From Amphiscolops sp. MND2022 (Eukaryota), in contig OZ076413.1 of NCBI GenBank assembly GCA_964187785.1, positions 46,192,001-46,256,000 of the forward strand: a stretch of DNA of 64,000 bases, in the 5' to 3' direction. The translations under genes and the position numbers were made by a program. Below are positions 13,201 to 25,679 of the stretch, piece after piece (position 1 is the stretch's first letter; each line of letters starts with the position of its first letter). The notes under the pieces were generated by a model. The model was not told the DNA's origin, did not search any database, and saw only the letters and a program-made list of their open reading frames with translations.

Positions 13201-15461
13201 GAGACACCAGAGGAGGTTTTTGCAGATGCATCAAAGACAACACGCAACTTGGTAGTGCTGCTGTCTTCCTTGAAAACGCAGTGATGTGGCAAGTAATAGG
13301 AATCGCTGTTGCTAATAGCAATTTCCTTGTCTGGGATAACCTCCATATGTCCTAGTGAAAGAAACTCATTAATAAATGCAGAGTATCTCTGTTTCAGATC
13401 CGGATTCATGTTTAGTTTGCGTTCCAATGCATAAAAGCGACGAAGAGCACTTTGGAAAGATTTTCCAAGAATACCGATGGATTGCTTGAAAGGTAGTTTT
13501 CCAACGAAGCGACCAGTTTGATCGCGGTATGTAGTTTGGTCAAAAAAGTTCTCGCATTCCATTTCCTCTTCAGTGTGATTACCTATATCAGGGACTTCTT
13601 CGAGTCGCCAGAAGTTTTGGAGTTGGGAGTCCAGTGTTCGGAGGCTTTGTATGCTAACACTATGTTTTGCCTGCACTGCGCCCATTACAACCCATCCACG
13701 TTTAGTTTCTGTGAGAGCCAAACCTGTACCAAGTTTGATTTTGCTAGATAGCAGTAGTTCTGCCAAAACATCTGCTCCTAGGATCAAATCGACTGGAGCG
13801 GGTTCAGAGAAGTAAGGGTCGGAAAGTTGCATGTTTTTAAGTTTGCTCCAGTTGAAATTTTGAACCTTTCTACTGGGCAGTTTCTGAGTAAGTTTTGGTA
13901 GTATGAAGCCTTTAACATTTATGGGGTCGAATTGTTTGGGTAAGATCATGAAGTCACTGAACGCCCTAGAGAGGCTTGTTGAATGACCACCAATGCCATT
14001 AACGAGAAGATTTGATGATTGCTTCGGCAACTGCAGTAATTGATGAGCACTTTCAGTTATGAAAGACGCCTGCGAGCCAGAATCTAGTAAGGCTCGAAGA
14101 TGAGTGATTCCAAGTTTGCCTTGAACAGGAATAAGAGCTGTATGAAGGACAGTTTGTGTATCTGTTACAATTGAATGCATGGCTGCCGTGTCTGAGTGAC
14201 AGTTCACTTCATTTCCTCTAGAAGGAATCAAGCGCAGTTGAGGATGCAATGAGGTATGATGCCTTTTTTGGCACTCACGGCAGCTTGACTGACTGGGACA
14301 TGCATCGAGTCGATGTCCCACCCGCAAACAATTGAAACATAAGTTATTTCGTTTTATGAAACTCACCTTTTCTTGTCGGGACATTTTTTCAAACCTTGGA
14401 CAACCATATAGCTTGTGATCGTTGGCATCACATGCTAAACAAGAATCCTTCTTCCAATGAGTAGCATAAGACTGTGTAAAAGGTCTCGGATCCCGTTGAC
14501 TAACCTTTACTTCGAAATCCGTATGTTTAGTAACATTAACAACAGCCGCTTCAAGTGCTTGACACCTGCTCTCAACGAAGGTTTTAAGTTGCTGGTAAGT
14601 CTGGAAGTCAGTGCCAGGAGTGGATAATTCCCATTGTTTCCTGGTTTCAGAGTCCAATTTGTTGCTCACAATATAGACGAAGACAAGGTCAAACTGATTA
14701 ACAGGTTGGCCAAGATTCTCCAGACCAAGGCGATGTTGCTCAGTTGTCTCTATTAACTTTCGCAGATCTTTTGAGCTCTCCGACTTCACGTTCGGATATT
14801 CGAAAATACTCGTCAAATGCGTTCGGGCTATCATCCGAGGATTCGCATAGCGTTCTTCAAGTGTTTGCAGAGCAATTGAATAATTAGCATCAGTTATTGC
14901 AAGAGAGGTCAATAGTTTGGCTGCATCACCTTGCAGAGAAGCTTTCAAATACTGAAGACGCTGCGAGTCCGTTAACGAGCGGTTATCGTGAACAGAGCTT
15001 TTGAACAAGTCATAGAACGAAAGCCAGTTCTCATAGTCACCCTTAAAAGTGGGCAAGTTTAACTTCGGTAATTTGGCACTGGCTACTTGACGTGATATTG
15101 CCATTGAGCCACTAGAACTGGCAGACGGCTCTCCTCCACCAACATTATCATGTGCGTTTTCAGAACGAACGCGCCAACGGATAGTATCAATGTTTAGAAA
15201 AATAATGTCATTGGCATCGCTAGCTTCCGTTATTGTATCTTCTATCTCGTTTATTTCCGTGTGTCCTTGTATTTGAAGGTCAAGTGTGGTAATCTGATTC
15301 AATTTACTTTCGAGGAGTGTGGCTAGTTGTTGAAGGCGGACTAATTGATCGGACGTCAATAAATGTTGGCTCAGGAGTTTTTCAGCTTCATTCTTATACT
15401 TCGTGCAGATGCCACGAACAGCAGCCCTCGAGCGCTTCAAACTATCAACATTCACAGACAT
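10275..15461 (-). pseudogene. Bel/Pao gag-pol polyprotein with two in-frame premature stops (12195-12197 TAG and 11595-11597 TAA)
   Basis: DUF1759-like PKLNLPTFKGDYENWLSF; three Cys/His knuckles (CLACDANDH, CFNCLRVGH, CRECQKRHH); protease ALLDSGS; RT YVDD; RNase H HVFCDAS; integrase H2C2 plus DVAGP/SDNA/WES. The three ORF-track pieces are in one frame. Likely start is the ATG at 15461. Confidence 0.93.
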
Positions 15462-15569
15462 TGACAAAGATGGAGACAAATATATGTAAATGTGATATGC
15501 CCAACAACTCCGAACGATAGAACGCTCAGGAGATGAAAGACAATCACAAAGAAAAACAAATGTCACTCG

Positions 15570-16172
15570 TCAGAGAACTGCAGATCTTTTGTTTTGCTGA
15601 CTTCTGCGATTTTTCTTTGAAAGTTTTTTCTTTTGAGATCTTCTAGTTTTCAAAAGAGCTGATAATTGATATTGATAACGCCAGAGTGTTATGAGAATGT
15701 TCAACTCAACGCTTCGACTAGGATGAAGGCTTGTAAATTCCTTCAGTACTGAACAATTTTTCTTTTTCCGTGGAGATAAGAGATGTTTCTGTACGTGCAA
15801 AACTAAACTTCCAGTAATTGTAAGTTCCTTGTAAATATTAGGCAATCCCCCTCGCTGACAGTAGACAATTGCGGTTATATGATCTTTCAGTTGTAAAAGA
15901 GTTGTACAGAGATTAGAAACAGTGTTCGCTCGAAAATTATTGCTTCTGTGAGCGTTCAGCGAATTATTAATAATATCGTGCCAGGTGAGAAGTTTTTTGT
16001 GGTGTAAGTATCCTTGCGTGCACAGAAATTTCAAGTTTTTCAGTTTGCTTTTCGCGTGAGGATTTAAAGACAATCCGGAAATTGCAGTGATGTGCTTTCT
16101 CAAGTCGACTTTATTGGACTGACAAAATTCAAAACGTCTTTTCAGAGAGCTCGCTCCGACAATTTGAATCAT
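15570..16172 (-). CDS. Extra ORF upstream of gag in the Bel/Pao element; SGNH/GDSL hydrolase-like domain with basic C-terminal tail
   Basis: Intact 200-aa ATG ORF about 100 nt after the PBS. IQIVGASSL, AISGLS, WHDIINNSL and TSLHPS follow the order and spacing of SGNH blocks I, II, III and V. Tail is KTRRSQKKKLSKKNRRSQQNKR. The fold assignment is an inference. Confidence 0.7.
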   Translation of the reverse strand: MIQIVGASSLKRRFEFCQSNKVDLRKHITAISGLSLNPHAKSKLKNLKFLCTQGYLHHKKLLTWHDIINNSLNAHRSNNFRANTVSNLCTTLLQLKDHITAIVYCQRGGLPNIYKELTITGSLVLHVQKHLLSPRKKKNCSVLKEFTSLHPSRSVELNILITLWRYQYQLSALLKTRRSQKKKLSKKNRRSQQNKRSAVL

Positions 16173-16272
16173 AATAAGAAGGAAAACTTAGCTGAGAAGT
16201 CTTTGGTGTCTCGGCAGGGGAGACGTCTTCCTCGGCGATGGAGGGGGGTGATCACTCAGATCCTTGGTTCGA

Positions 16273-16288
16273 AAATTGCGCGGCACCA
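16273..16288 (-). promoter_or_regulatory. Primer-binding site
   Basis: Minus strand TGGTGCCGCG.. begins 6 nt after the 5' LTR. TGGTGCCG is complementary to a tRNA 3' end (tRNA-His-like). Confidence 0.7.
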
Positions 16289-16294
16289 GAAATA

Positions 16295-16495
16295 TGTTTA
16301 TACAATCACTTTGATTGTCTTTTTGAAGTTGGGAATTGCGGTGAAAGCAATTTGATGATCAGTCAAAATTCAATTCAAAACAAAAAGTATGATTCACGAT
16401 TAGTTCAAAGTATTCATGCATTAACAACAATATTTGTCAATGAAATCAAAATAAAGTCAAAGTAGAAAAGGAAAGAGTCAAGTTTGATAGTACCA
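16295..16495 (-). repeat. 5' LTR of the Bel/Pao element
   Basis: Direct repeat of 9885-10085 with TG..CA ends, adjacent to the PBS. Confidence 0.95.
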
Positions 16496-19400
16496 AAATT
16501 CTTTCTACTAAAATGCGCCGACTAAAAACACTACATTTCACTGGAATAACATCTCATTGTGCCTGATTTTTGCAACTTCATTCATAAATAGTTTGGTTCT
16601 TTTATAATTTCCTCCCCACCACCAACGTTTTTGAAAAATTGTTGAAATATTAGAAAAAACTAATTCAGAACCTCCCGTTTTAAATTCATTGTCAAGATGA
16701 CTTTTTAAGGTTCGGATAGAAACTTTGTTCACACTTTTTCTCCGTATGAGTTTGCGCATTTCTGATTAGGAAATCAACAGCATTATTTTTGGAGTCACAA
16801 ACTTTTTTGAGTGAAAAAATTACTTTTACTTCGGCCAGTTTGAAAAATACTTGTATATTTTCCTTTAAAAAATTTTGATGGTGGTGGGAGGATAAGAGCC
16901 TAAAGTTTTTGTATATTGTGACTCATTTCAATTCAGTATCATTCTTTTTTTTTACAAGAACATCAGAATTGAAGAAATTAGACTTCGTCAGAATGACAAT
17001 TCAGTTCAAATTGGAAAGTCGATTTTAGAGTTTTTCGTTGAATTTTTCGGGTGACACCACATGGATTTTTTTAAAAATGTTATATAGGTTGCAGAGAACT
17101 TTTTAAAAGCAGCTCGAAATGCTGCCAACATTTTCCAAGTTGCCTGGTAATTTTGCAAACTTATATAAGTTGCCTGTTAATTTTACAAAACTTTTCCAGG
17201 CGTGGTCCCTGAATTTTCCGTTTTATAAAAAAAATTAGCCGGCATTTTTTGAAGGTGCCTGTAAAAGTTCGCGGCAACTTCGACTAGGGTCGGTATGGAG
17301 TATCTTGCAGGTCAAACTCTCGTTAAGGCTTTTTATTTCATTCAATTCTGTAGGATTTCATTGTTTTCAATTCTTCGAAAAGATCTCACGTTTTCACCTG
17401 ATTTATACTAAGGACAAAAGTAACTTCCCTTTTCTTGTTTTCAAATTTGATCAAAACTGAAGTCAGAGATGGAAGTTTCAACGCTTTTTGTTCATGTTTT
17501 GCAAAATCGTTACCAAAAAGATGAAAACTAACTCGAATGTCAAAACTAACACTTATTAGTTAATTGCCTGATATCAGCCCAATTGAACTTTTTTGGGGTT
17601 GCATAAAAATGAAAAATCACTGAATGGAACCCCAGGAATTGTTCGACAAATGAAAGTAGCCCTAAAGTACTTCTAGATGACATACCCTCAATCAGTTATT
17701 GGGAGGCTGATTATGTCAAATCCACGACGTGACTTGGCCTGTCACCACTAAGGAAACGGTCACACAATACTGAATAAATAATACCTATTTCCCTATTATT
17801 CTGTAAATTTCACAGTAAAAAGTTAGTGGGTAGTTACTTTTGTCCCTTGGTATGCCTAATAAAATGTATATCAGCTAATTGCCATTTTTGGACCTCGGAA
17901 GTATGTAGAAAGTCTCGGTTACCATAAAAAGACGTTCTTACGTGCTTGTGGGACATGTTTTGACTTGGAGTGTGCCAGCATGTAGCCTCAGAGCTCCAAT
18001 ATGAGGAGTCTCCTCGACGTATGAAAAGTTGCCAAGGACCTTTAGCATTGTCCCAACTCCAGAATGTGCACATCTTGCTGGACGTTACGTCAAAAGTCCT
18101 AGACTCATAAAGAAAAGCAACCTCATATTTGTTCACAACAAGACCTTGTGCAACCAAACCAAATAATATGATGTTGTTGCTACAAGCACCGGCGCAGCGT
18201 CACCGGAAAAATATTGAAATTTTGAACAACGGAGCGCGTGGCGACTGGGTCTCAATTAACGAAAACGATAAACAATGAAGGCTCAATATGAAACCTTTCA
18301 AACGCGCTATAGTTCATTTTTGAAGTATGCGTAGTTCTGGAGATATTAACTATTGAAAATTGATTTTCAAATTTTCTGAAAAGTTGCAAAAACGCCCATG
18401 TTAAGTAAAACAAAAATTGCGCATAGTGGAGATTCTTTGTGTACCTTGCAAATCCGTTGAGGAAAATGACTCTTCACAACACGTTGTTATCGTATAAAGT
18501 ATCGGAAGTCCTAAAAGTAACAAGAAAATATCAAAACTTATTCTGATCAATGCTAACAGTGCTTGGATTTCTGATGAAAACTGTAAAAACTAAAAAAATA
18601 AACTCTCCAACGTTTCCTTCCCGGTACTTCTTGATTTATTTCAAGCTTACGTTTATCATCAAAATCGAATGTGATTTTTGGCCAGGTTTGACTGTGGTGG
18701 TTATTCATGTTTGATGTTTTTCCAGGGACCAACGATTGCAATATCGAAATACGAAGGACATAGACCGCCGCCATCATACAGTGGAAGTGCACGTACGTGC
18801 AAAAATTCATTGTTTTCTTTCTATGTGAAAGATTTAAGCATCGATGCTTAAACTTTTTTGATAGGTGCAAGGTTGTCCAATATAGAACGCGTAGACAAAA
18901 GAGGGATTTTAAAAGAGTAAGAACTATTGTTCCAACTCCATCGTTCGAGAATCACCCCTATTTTTTTCAAAACAGACGTGAAATCATTTATCTTAAAAGC
19001 GTGTTTTGTTTTCTTCAGTGAATCACATATGGAAAACCTTGAACCTATAAAAACAGTTTCAAAAAAATTATTTTGACAACACAGTACAGAAACTCAGTGC
19101 AGTCAAATACTCCCTGGCACACTTCTGTCGAAAAGAAATAAACTTTTCAGGTGAAATCTACTTCTTCGAAAATCAAGCCTACCTTTCTCAGTAGTTACAC
19201 CTGCTTACGTTGAATCAAGAGTATTTCGCCTCAGTTCGAATACCTCACTGTGACCGGTTCACAAACCTTTGACAAATCTGAAGAGCTGTCATATGGAAAA
19301 GAATCATAAGAAGTGCTTATACATGGAAAGGTCTTGTCATGCCAGCATGATGGAAATATAACTTACTATCTATCTGTAATGTAAAATAATATGTCATATG

Positions 19401-20142
19401 TACTTATCTATGGGCAATATGAAGTCATATGATAAGATCTATGGTTGTGCGCAACCCTACGTTCATTTGTGCCTAACCCCGTTTTCCCTCCTAAGCTTGA
19501 GCTACATATTTATGTAGTTATTGAGCCCCCTAGTTCCAATGTCCGCATACAAGATCATGCAAATAGTGAACGCTAAGTTACCATAATGGCTTGTCACGAT
19601 AAAAGGAGAAAATAGTATCAGCCAGACTGGACTGATTGATGTAAAAGAGATGAATGACTTAGTTGGAGACAGTTAGCTCCCGCCTAAGAGCGAACCTGTC
19701 GTGACTTTCCATCGCAAATTCATCGTTTGACTGCATTGTTAAAAGAAATAGAAAAGTTCATATACTTCCCATCGTGGCTGCTACACTCAGTAACTTGTCG
19801 AGCATTTACATCGTAAATCCAACAGCGGGTTTGCGTTTGTGGCGAATTAGTATATGCATCATGTGGAATTATTGAATTTTTGGCGTTTTAGAAAAATCCC
19901 ATTGTTTTTGCGCGAAGCACAGATTGTAGATTGAACAAATCTCAGGACATTCAAAGAATCGTAAGTTAGTAAAAACAGCTGATAAGGCGAACTTAGCGTA
20001 TTTCGTTAATGCTTTTCGCATAGGACTTTTGGAAAGAGTACAGTAAATTTGGTTGTTTGAGACCAGTAGAATATGGTCAACAATGAGATTGACTGAATCC
20101 ACGAAGATAGAATCGATCGCTTAGAGCGAAATATACTAAGTT

Positions 20143-21091
20143 TTTACGAGTTGGAAAGAATTTTCGACTACTTATCCAATCGTGTCGTTTTTTTTCTCCC
20201 GACCTTTTCATGAAATATTTAAACTTCTCATAAACTGTCTATACGATTTTCATAAAATTTGCACAGTCATTCTACACCCAAAGAGCCCCCTGTGTGCTCA
20301 AAGGCATCAAAATCGTATGACTAGAGTGTGAGAAACAAGCCATAATTAGCCCGAAAATGGCCAAAAAAAGCCCAAAAACGGCCATTTTTAGACTTTTTTT
20401 CGATTTTCTCAAAAACTGTCCATACGATTCGAACGAAATTTTCCTCTAACATTTAACGCCATATTGGAGTCCTATTTGTGCAATGGCATCAAAATCGTAT
20501 GACTGGGATGTGAGAAACTAAGCCAAAATTAGCCCAAAATCGTCAAAAAAACAGGTATTTTTCAACTTTTTTTCGACTTTCTCAAAAACTTTCAATACGA
20601 TTGGAACGAAATTTTCTCCAGTCATTTGTCACCATATTATTGTCCTTTATGTGCAATTGCATTAAATTCGTAAGGCTGGGATGCGAGAAACAGCCAAAAG
20701 TAACCCAAAGATGGCCAAAAAACGGCCGTTTTTTGACATTTTTTGATTTTCACAAAAACTGTCCTTACGATTCGAACGAAAATTTGTACAGTCCTTCTAC
20801 ACTATATTATGGTCCTTTGTGTGTATTTTCATGAAATTCGTATATCTGGGATGTGAAAAACGTAATCAAAATTAACCCAAAATATGGCCAGAATCCAGCC
20901 ATTTTTCGACTTGTTTTTGATTTTTGCACAAAACTACCCATACGATTCGAACGAAAAATTCTACAGTCATTTTCTACATCATAGTATGGTTCAATGAGTG
21001 CAAAGTCACTAAATTCGTAAAACTGGAATTGGAGCGAGTCGGAAAGAAAAAGACCTAAGCCGCCTCTTTTACCGCATTTGCGGCTCTGGTT
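20143..21091 (+). mobile_element. Helentron/DINE-like element, family B, with about 5 internal ~175-bp tandem units
   Basis: 5' end ttt-a(g/c)gagt(c/t)gg; 3' end ccg(a)ctcctt plus ccgcatNtgcgg hairpin plus ctggtt. The aaaactgtccatacgat motif recurs at about 20232, 20412, 20586, 20756 and 20932. Confidence 0.7.
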
Positions 21092-21118
21092 ATTTTATTC
21101 GGAAAAGAGACCTGAAAG

Positions 21119-22863
21119 ATATTACGATACATGAGCTGCATCGAGCTAGCAAGATCTTGCTAGTTCGATAAATAGCCAATAACAACGCGTTATTACTATA
21201 AATACACATTACGTTTCGATACTCATTACACTATTTGATTAATCGTTTCACTAAGTGATTAAAGTTCGTGATTTGACTCCTTTACGCAATATTCAGTCAC
21301 GCACTTTGACTAATTTCCACTTCGAACATCAATACGGAATTTGATTAAAATTCACTTTAGTCTGGTACACATTTTGACAAAAATGCACTAATTGATGGAT
21401 TTACACAGTGTAATATAATCAAAGTGTGTAATATGGGTAAACTTTGACGAAATCATTGTAATACACGTTACCTTAATAATGCGTTAATTAAGTTAATTTG
21501 GTTAGGGTGTAAAACAATCAAATTGATTGCTTTTCACATCCCAATGATTTAAGACATTCAATTCCGTCACAGATTTGAATGTGTTAAATTATTCAGATGT
21601 GTAAAACAATCATATGGGTTATGATTAATTCCGTTTCGATTGTTTCCGAATTAATGAAATAGTAACGGAAATACAGAATTAATAAAATTAACTCAATCTC
21701 CAGCTCATCACAGTTTGTAAAATGACAAATAATCTTCCTTCCGCTCATGACAGTCCGTAAACTGAAATATAAATAAATTTCATAAATAAATGGTAAACTA
21801 ATGATAAAAGGCGCCGATAAAATGAAAGCTCTTATCTCTAGCTCACACAGTCCGTAAAATGGAAGAGACCATGTCGTCGATTTGCCCCAGGTACACCTTG
21901 TTAGGAACTCCCCCCAACACGAAAGAACATTTTGTTCTGGAATAAAAATATTTCACTAATAAGAGAAAATTATATAAATGGAAATACTTAGAGGAATGTC
22001 TCTACAAATGATTGGACACTTCAGGTAAAAAAATGCCATAATTTTTGATAGTATTGTCCAAAACAGCAAAATTCACAGTTGGAACAAGATAGAATAGTAT
22101 AAAAAGGCCCCTAGTTCACGCAAATTTTCCCCGTGTGAAAATCTGATGAGCAAGTTTTAACTGACAGTCAATGTAATGGATAGGATTACGTCGACGTCAA
22201 TTATTTCATTGAACCAAAATTTCAACGCAAACGATGTCGACATAATGGTATTTGAACCTTGTGTCTTATTTCCCCCGCCGCAGTTTGAGGGGAAAATTGA
22301 TGACATGTTCCAATGGAAGATAACAATTTCATTAAAATCGAAGCGTTCAAAGAGTATTGAATGTAAACAGTGTAAAACAATCTAACTTTAGTGTAAATCA
22401 ATCAACTTAAACAGCGTAAAACTGTGTAAAACCATCAAACTATAGTGTAAATCAATCAAGTTAAGCAGCGTAAAACAGTCAAAGTTGTTACAGAGAGAAT
22501 TCAATTTTGAAGCGTCAGCAATAAATTGTCTAGTATTATTGAATTAGTGAAAGGTAGTCAAACTTTGACTACTATCCACTTTTTGAGGAGATTACTTTCT
22601 AAATTTTTCAAAAAGTGAATTCTAGTTAAAGTTTGACTGTTTTACACTTGACACAATTTCTTGACTGGAATACACTCTTTACGAAGTATACTTAGTGACT
22701 GAAATTCGTGAATCTGCATTGCACTGCTTGACTGAAATACGCTATAAAATAGCTAATGCACATTACACTCCTTGACTAAAATACGGTTCGAGACTATTTT
22801 ACAATGAAAACATATTACACTTGATGAAAAAAATTCACTTTTGCGGCTCATCTATTGTAATGG
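21119..22863. mobile_element. Non-autonomous TIR DNA transposon, foldback-like, about 1.75 kb
   Basis: Left ATTACGATACATGAGCTGCA versus reverse complement of the right end ATTACAATAGATGAGCCGCA (17/20). Many internal gtgtaaaacaatcaa motifs in both orientations. No ORF. Confidence 0.65.
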
Positions 22864-24279
22864 AAAAAACACCACCACCCCTTTTTGGGAAGGACTAGTC
22901 CGATCGAGCTGAAATTTGGCATGCATAAACTAGAGGTGTTAACTCAACTTTCGACTCATGATACCCGACCACGTACCTCCCTCCAGTGCCGGGCTATTAG
23001 CACCACCGGAAGCGACCTAGATCGACCACCCTACAAACTCGACGGCGAAGCACGAAATAAGTCAGATAATATATGGTATTGACAGCCCATAGGATATTAG
23101 GCCGGTTGCGCATTTTTTGGAACTTTACGACGCGCGTAGAAGGAGCACGGACCCTTAGTAAAAAAAACCGCGAAAGTTTTGTAAATAGCCACCAGTTGAC
23201 CCGAAGATCACGAAATTTGCCTAAGATGTTCACCTAACAACCCTAAGTAATATACATGAAAGATACATTAATGCGGGCCCGACGGATAATTGACACTTGA
23301 CCTTGGCTTGTAATACCTCAAATGAATCGGAACGACGATTGTAGTCGATTACAAGCAAGAATGCAGACCTTTTTGTAACCCAGCCGGGGGTAACCGTCTT
23401 AAGTAAACAAGCGACACGCATAGCATGTAACTCGAGAACCATTGACTCTAGGATGATATAACTTGGCATGTAGCAACTTTGGATGAAGACAAACAACTTC
23501 AATGTCACCGATGGACCTCAAAGTCATTTTAGATGCAACGCCTGAACATAAAGAAAAACTTACGATAAAACATGTAAATCAGTGTCTTTGCGTGATAATT
23601 TATGCAATTCAGACAGATGGAACAATTCATGAGCACGGAAAAGAACCCCATACACGTTGAGAACATGTAAACCATGTAATTGAAGGTCATTGAACGATTG
23701 TCTCGATAATAGATATATCTAGGGTGACTTGAATTATTGAAAAGTGAACGCTGTACGACTATTGTTGAATTATTTGTCGTTGGCGACGAAGTATTTCTCG
23801 CCGAAATACAACTAGCGCGCTGCCATGCCATAGAAGGAATGGAGCTACAAGAAGTCAAAAGCATGCAAATGTGAGACACCGACGCTGAACAACAAATATG
23901 CGAGCAATGAACAAATACAATTGAGGCGGAATATTTGGAATATACTTGAATAGACAGAACCAAGTTAGAAAGCTGGGATCAAGTTGACTCTCGCGGAGAA
24001 AAAAAAAGATTTTACATTTAATTCAACGTAGCTACAACTCATCATTAATTCATTGGTGTTTTTTTTTGCTGTAGCAATGTGCTTATTTCATCTTAAATTT
24101 TGTTCATCGTTATTTCGTCGGTGCTTTGGATTGGCGTGAGAATGTATGTGTTGTTGTATTTGGTGAATAAACTCATTGCTTAGCAACAAAGGTTGTTGTA
24201 CTGGTAATTATCCAGTGTGAATTTATAGTGTATTTATTGTGAATTTATTCAAATCCAGTATTTTTGCTACTATTGCATT

Positions 24280-25130
24280 AGGTACAGCCACACAGCGGCG
24301 AATTGCGACTTAGGTAGTCACACGACTAATACATAACACCTCTTGAGCCAGCCAATTAGAAATGGCAGTCGGTGAGAGTTTGAGTCCTACCAACGAAGCG
24401 TGAACGCATTTGGCTAAAAGAGAAGCCGCCACAGGTGACTAATCAGTTTAAACACTCATACAACCTACCCTACAGTTGCTATAAAGTTTATTGCTATAAA
24501 CTACCGTTGCTAAACTACACCCTACAGTTGCTATAAACCCTACAGTTGCTATAAAATTTGAAAATCTTGAACTGAGTACTTTCTCACTGGATCCAGTCAT
24601 CATCCACAATTTTGAACTTAAGAGAGAAAGCAGTAGATTCAATTCAAAACGTGTATTTTTTCAGATGTTAATCATATTCCCATCTTCATTGATTTGATCA
24701 TTTAGTTTACAGGAAACTGAATTGATTTTGTCTAGATTAGTGGACTAAACTAGATATACTCAGTAAATAGACAAAACTCATCGTAGAATTTCCAATAATC
24801 TTTTCTCCAATCAGTCTTTTATCCATGGTATGAGTTCTGCAGAAAGTACAAGACTCCGAAGTGGGAAAATTATTGAACTAGCTACAATTTCTCAATCATT
24901 TCGAAGAATGGCCGAACAAAGTACTGTTGAAACTGAATGCGTGGGAGATTCAAGCGTGTCATCCCAAATAGCTGAAATAAAGGATAGCTATGAAAAGAAA
25001 TTCAACAAACCCAAATCAGAAATCGGACAACTGAAGGACCTTATGATTGCGATGATGGATAAATCCAATAGTCCAAGTACAAACGCACAAGTCCAGGGTT
25101 CTTCAAAGCAGCCTGTACGCAGATCTGACA
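24280..25130 (+). mobile_element. Probable solo LTR or 5' remnant of an LTR retrotransposon with a gag-like N-terminal ORF
   Basis: ORF 24830-25144 MSSAESTRLRSGK...(coiled coil) runs up to ..ctgaCA at 25130. Short ccctacagttgctataaa tandem at 24468-24556. Left boundary is approximate. Confidence 0.4.
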
Positions 25131-25679
25131 GGTCTCTTACATAAGCGTCTAGAGTTTTGCCCAGTTTTAGTTAATATTCAGTTTGCTGGACGTTACAATG
25201 AGAACTTCGATTTCAAAAATCAACTCCTCTGAATAACTACCAACTCTTGTCCAGTAACAACTTGGACCCTACGTGAACGCTGCTCAAAATTTATAATTGA
25301 CTTCTGAATTCAAACGATTTTGTGAAACTTTGTTGTTACTAACAAGAATTCGCCGAGTTTACTGACTGGAAACGTTGAAGGGCAACGCTTTTGGAAAAAA
25401 AATTTTAGTGCTTTGACACTTCTTTCTAAAAATCAAGTTGACATGTACGTAGAGCCCAAATTTCCAGGCCCGGTCCGGACGTTCAGGCCAAGCCCGGTCC
25501 GGTAAATGGTCTTGAAAATTTACAAATTTAGTAAAATGAATTTAATTCGGACCCTTTTTGTTCAACACCTATTGAAACACAGGTCCGGCCCTGTCCAGCC
25601 CAATTTCAACTCACAATTATCAAAGTTTATCAATAGTGTTCATGAAGTAATTGTGATGCGAATGCAGTTGATGCTTCAG

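Larger units (their letters stand above)
9885..16495 (-). mobile_element. Full-length Bel/Pao LTR retrotransposon
   Basis: Two 201-bp TG..CA LTRs, 5-bp TSD AAATT (9880-9884 and 16496-16500), PBS, and gag-PR-RT-RH-IN order with Pao-type motifs. Confidence 0.97.

Noticed and set aside
17834..18870. Minus-strand ORFs with a possible GTAAG donor
   Set aside because: No recognisable motif and no consistent exon chain could be built.
23230..23963. ORFs of 92 and 144 aa
   Set aside because: Non-ATG starts and no domain features. Probably decayed repeat sequence.
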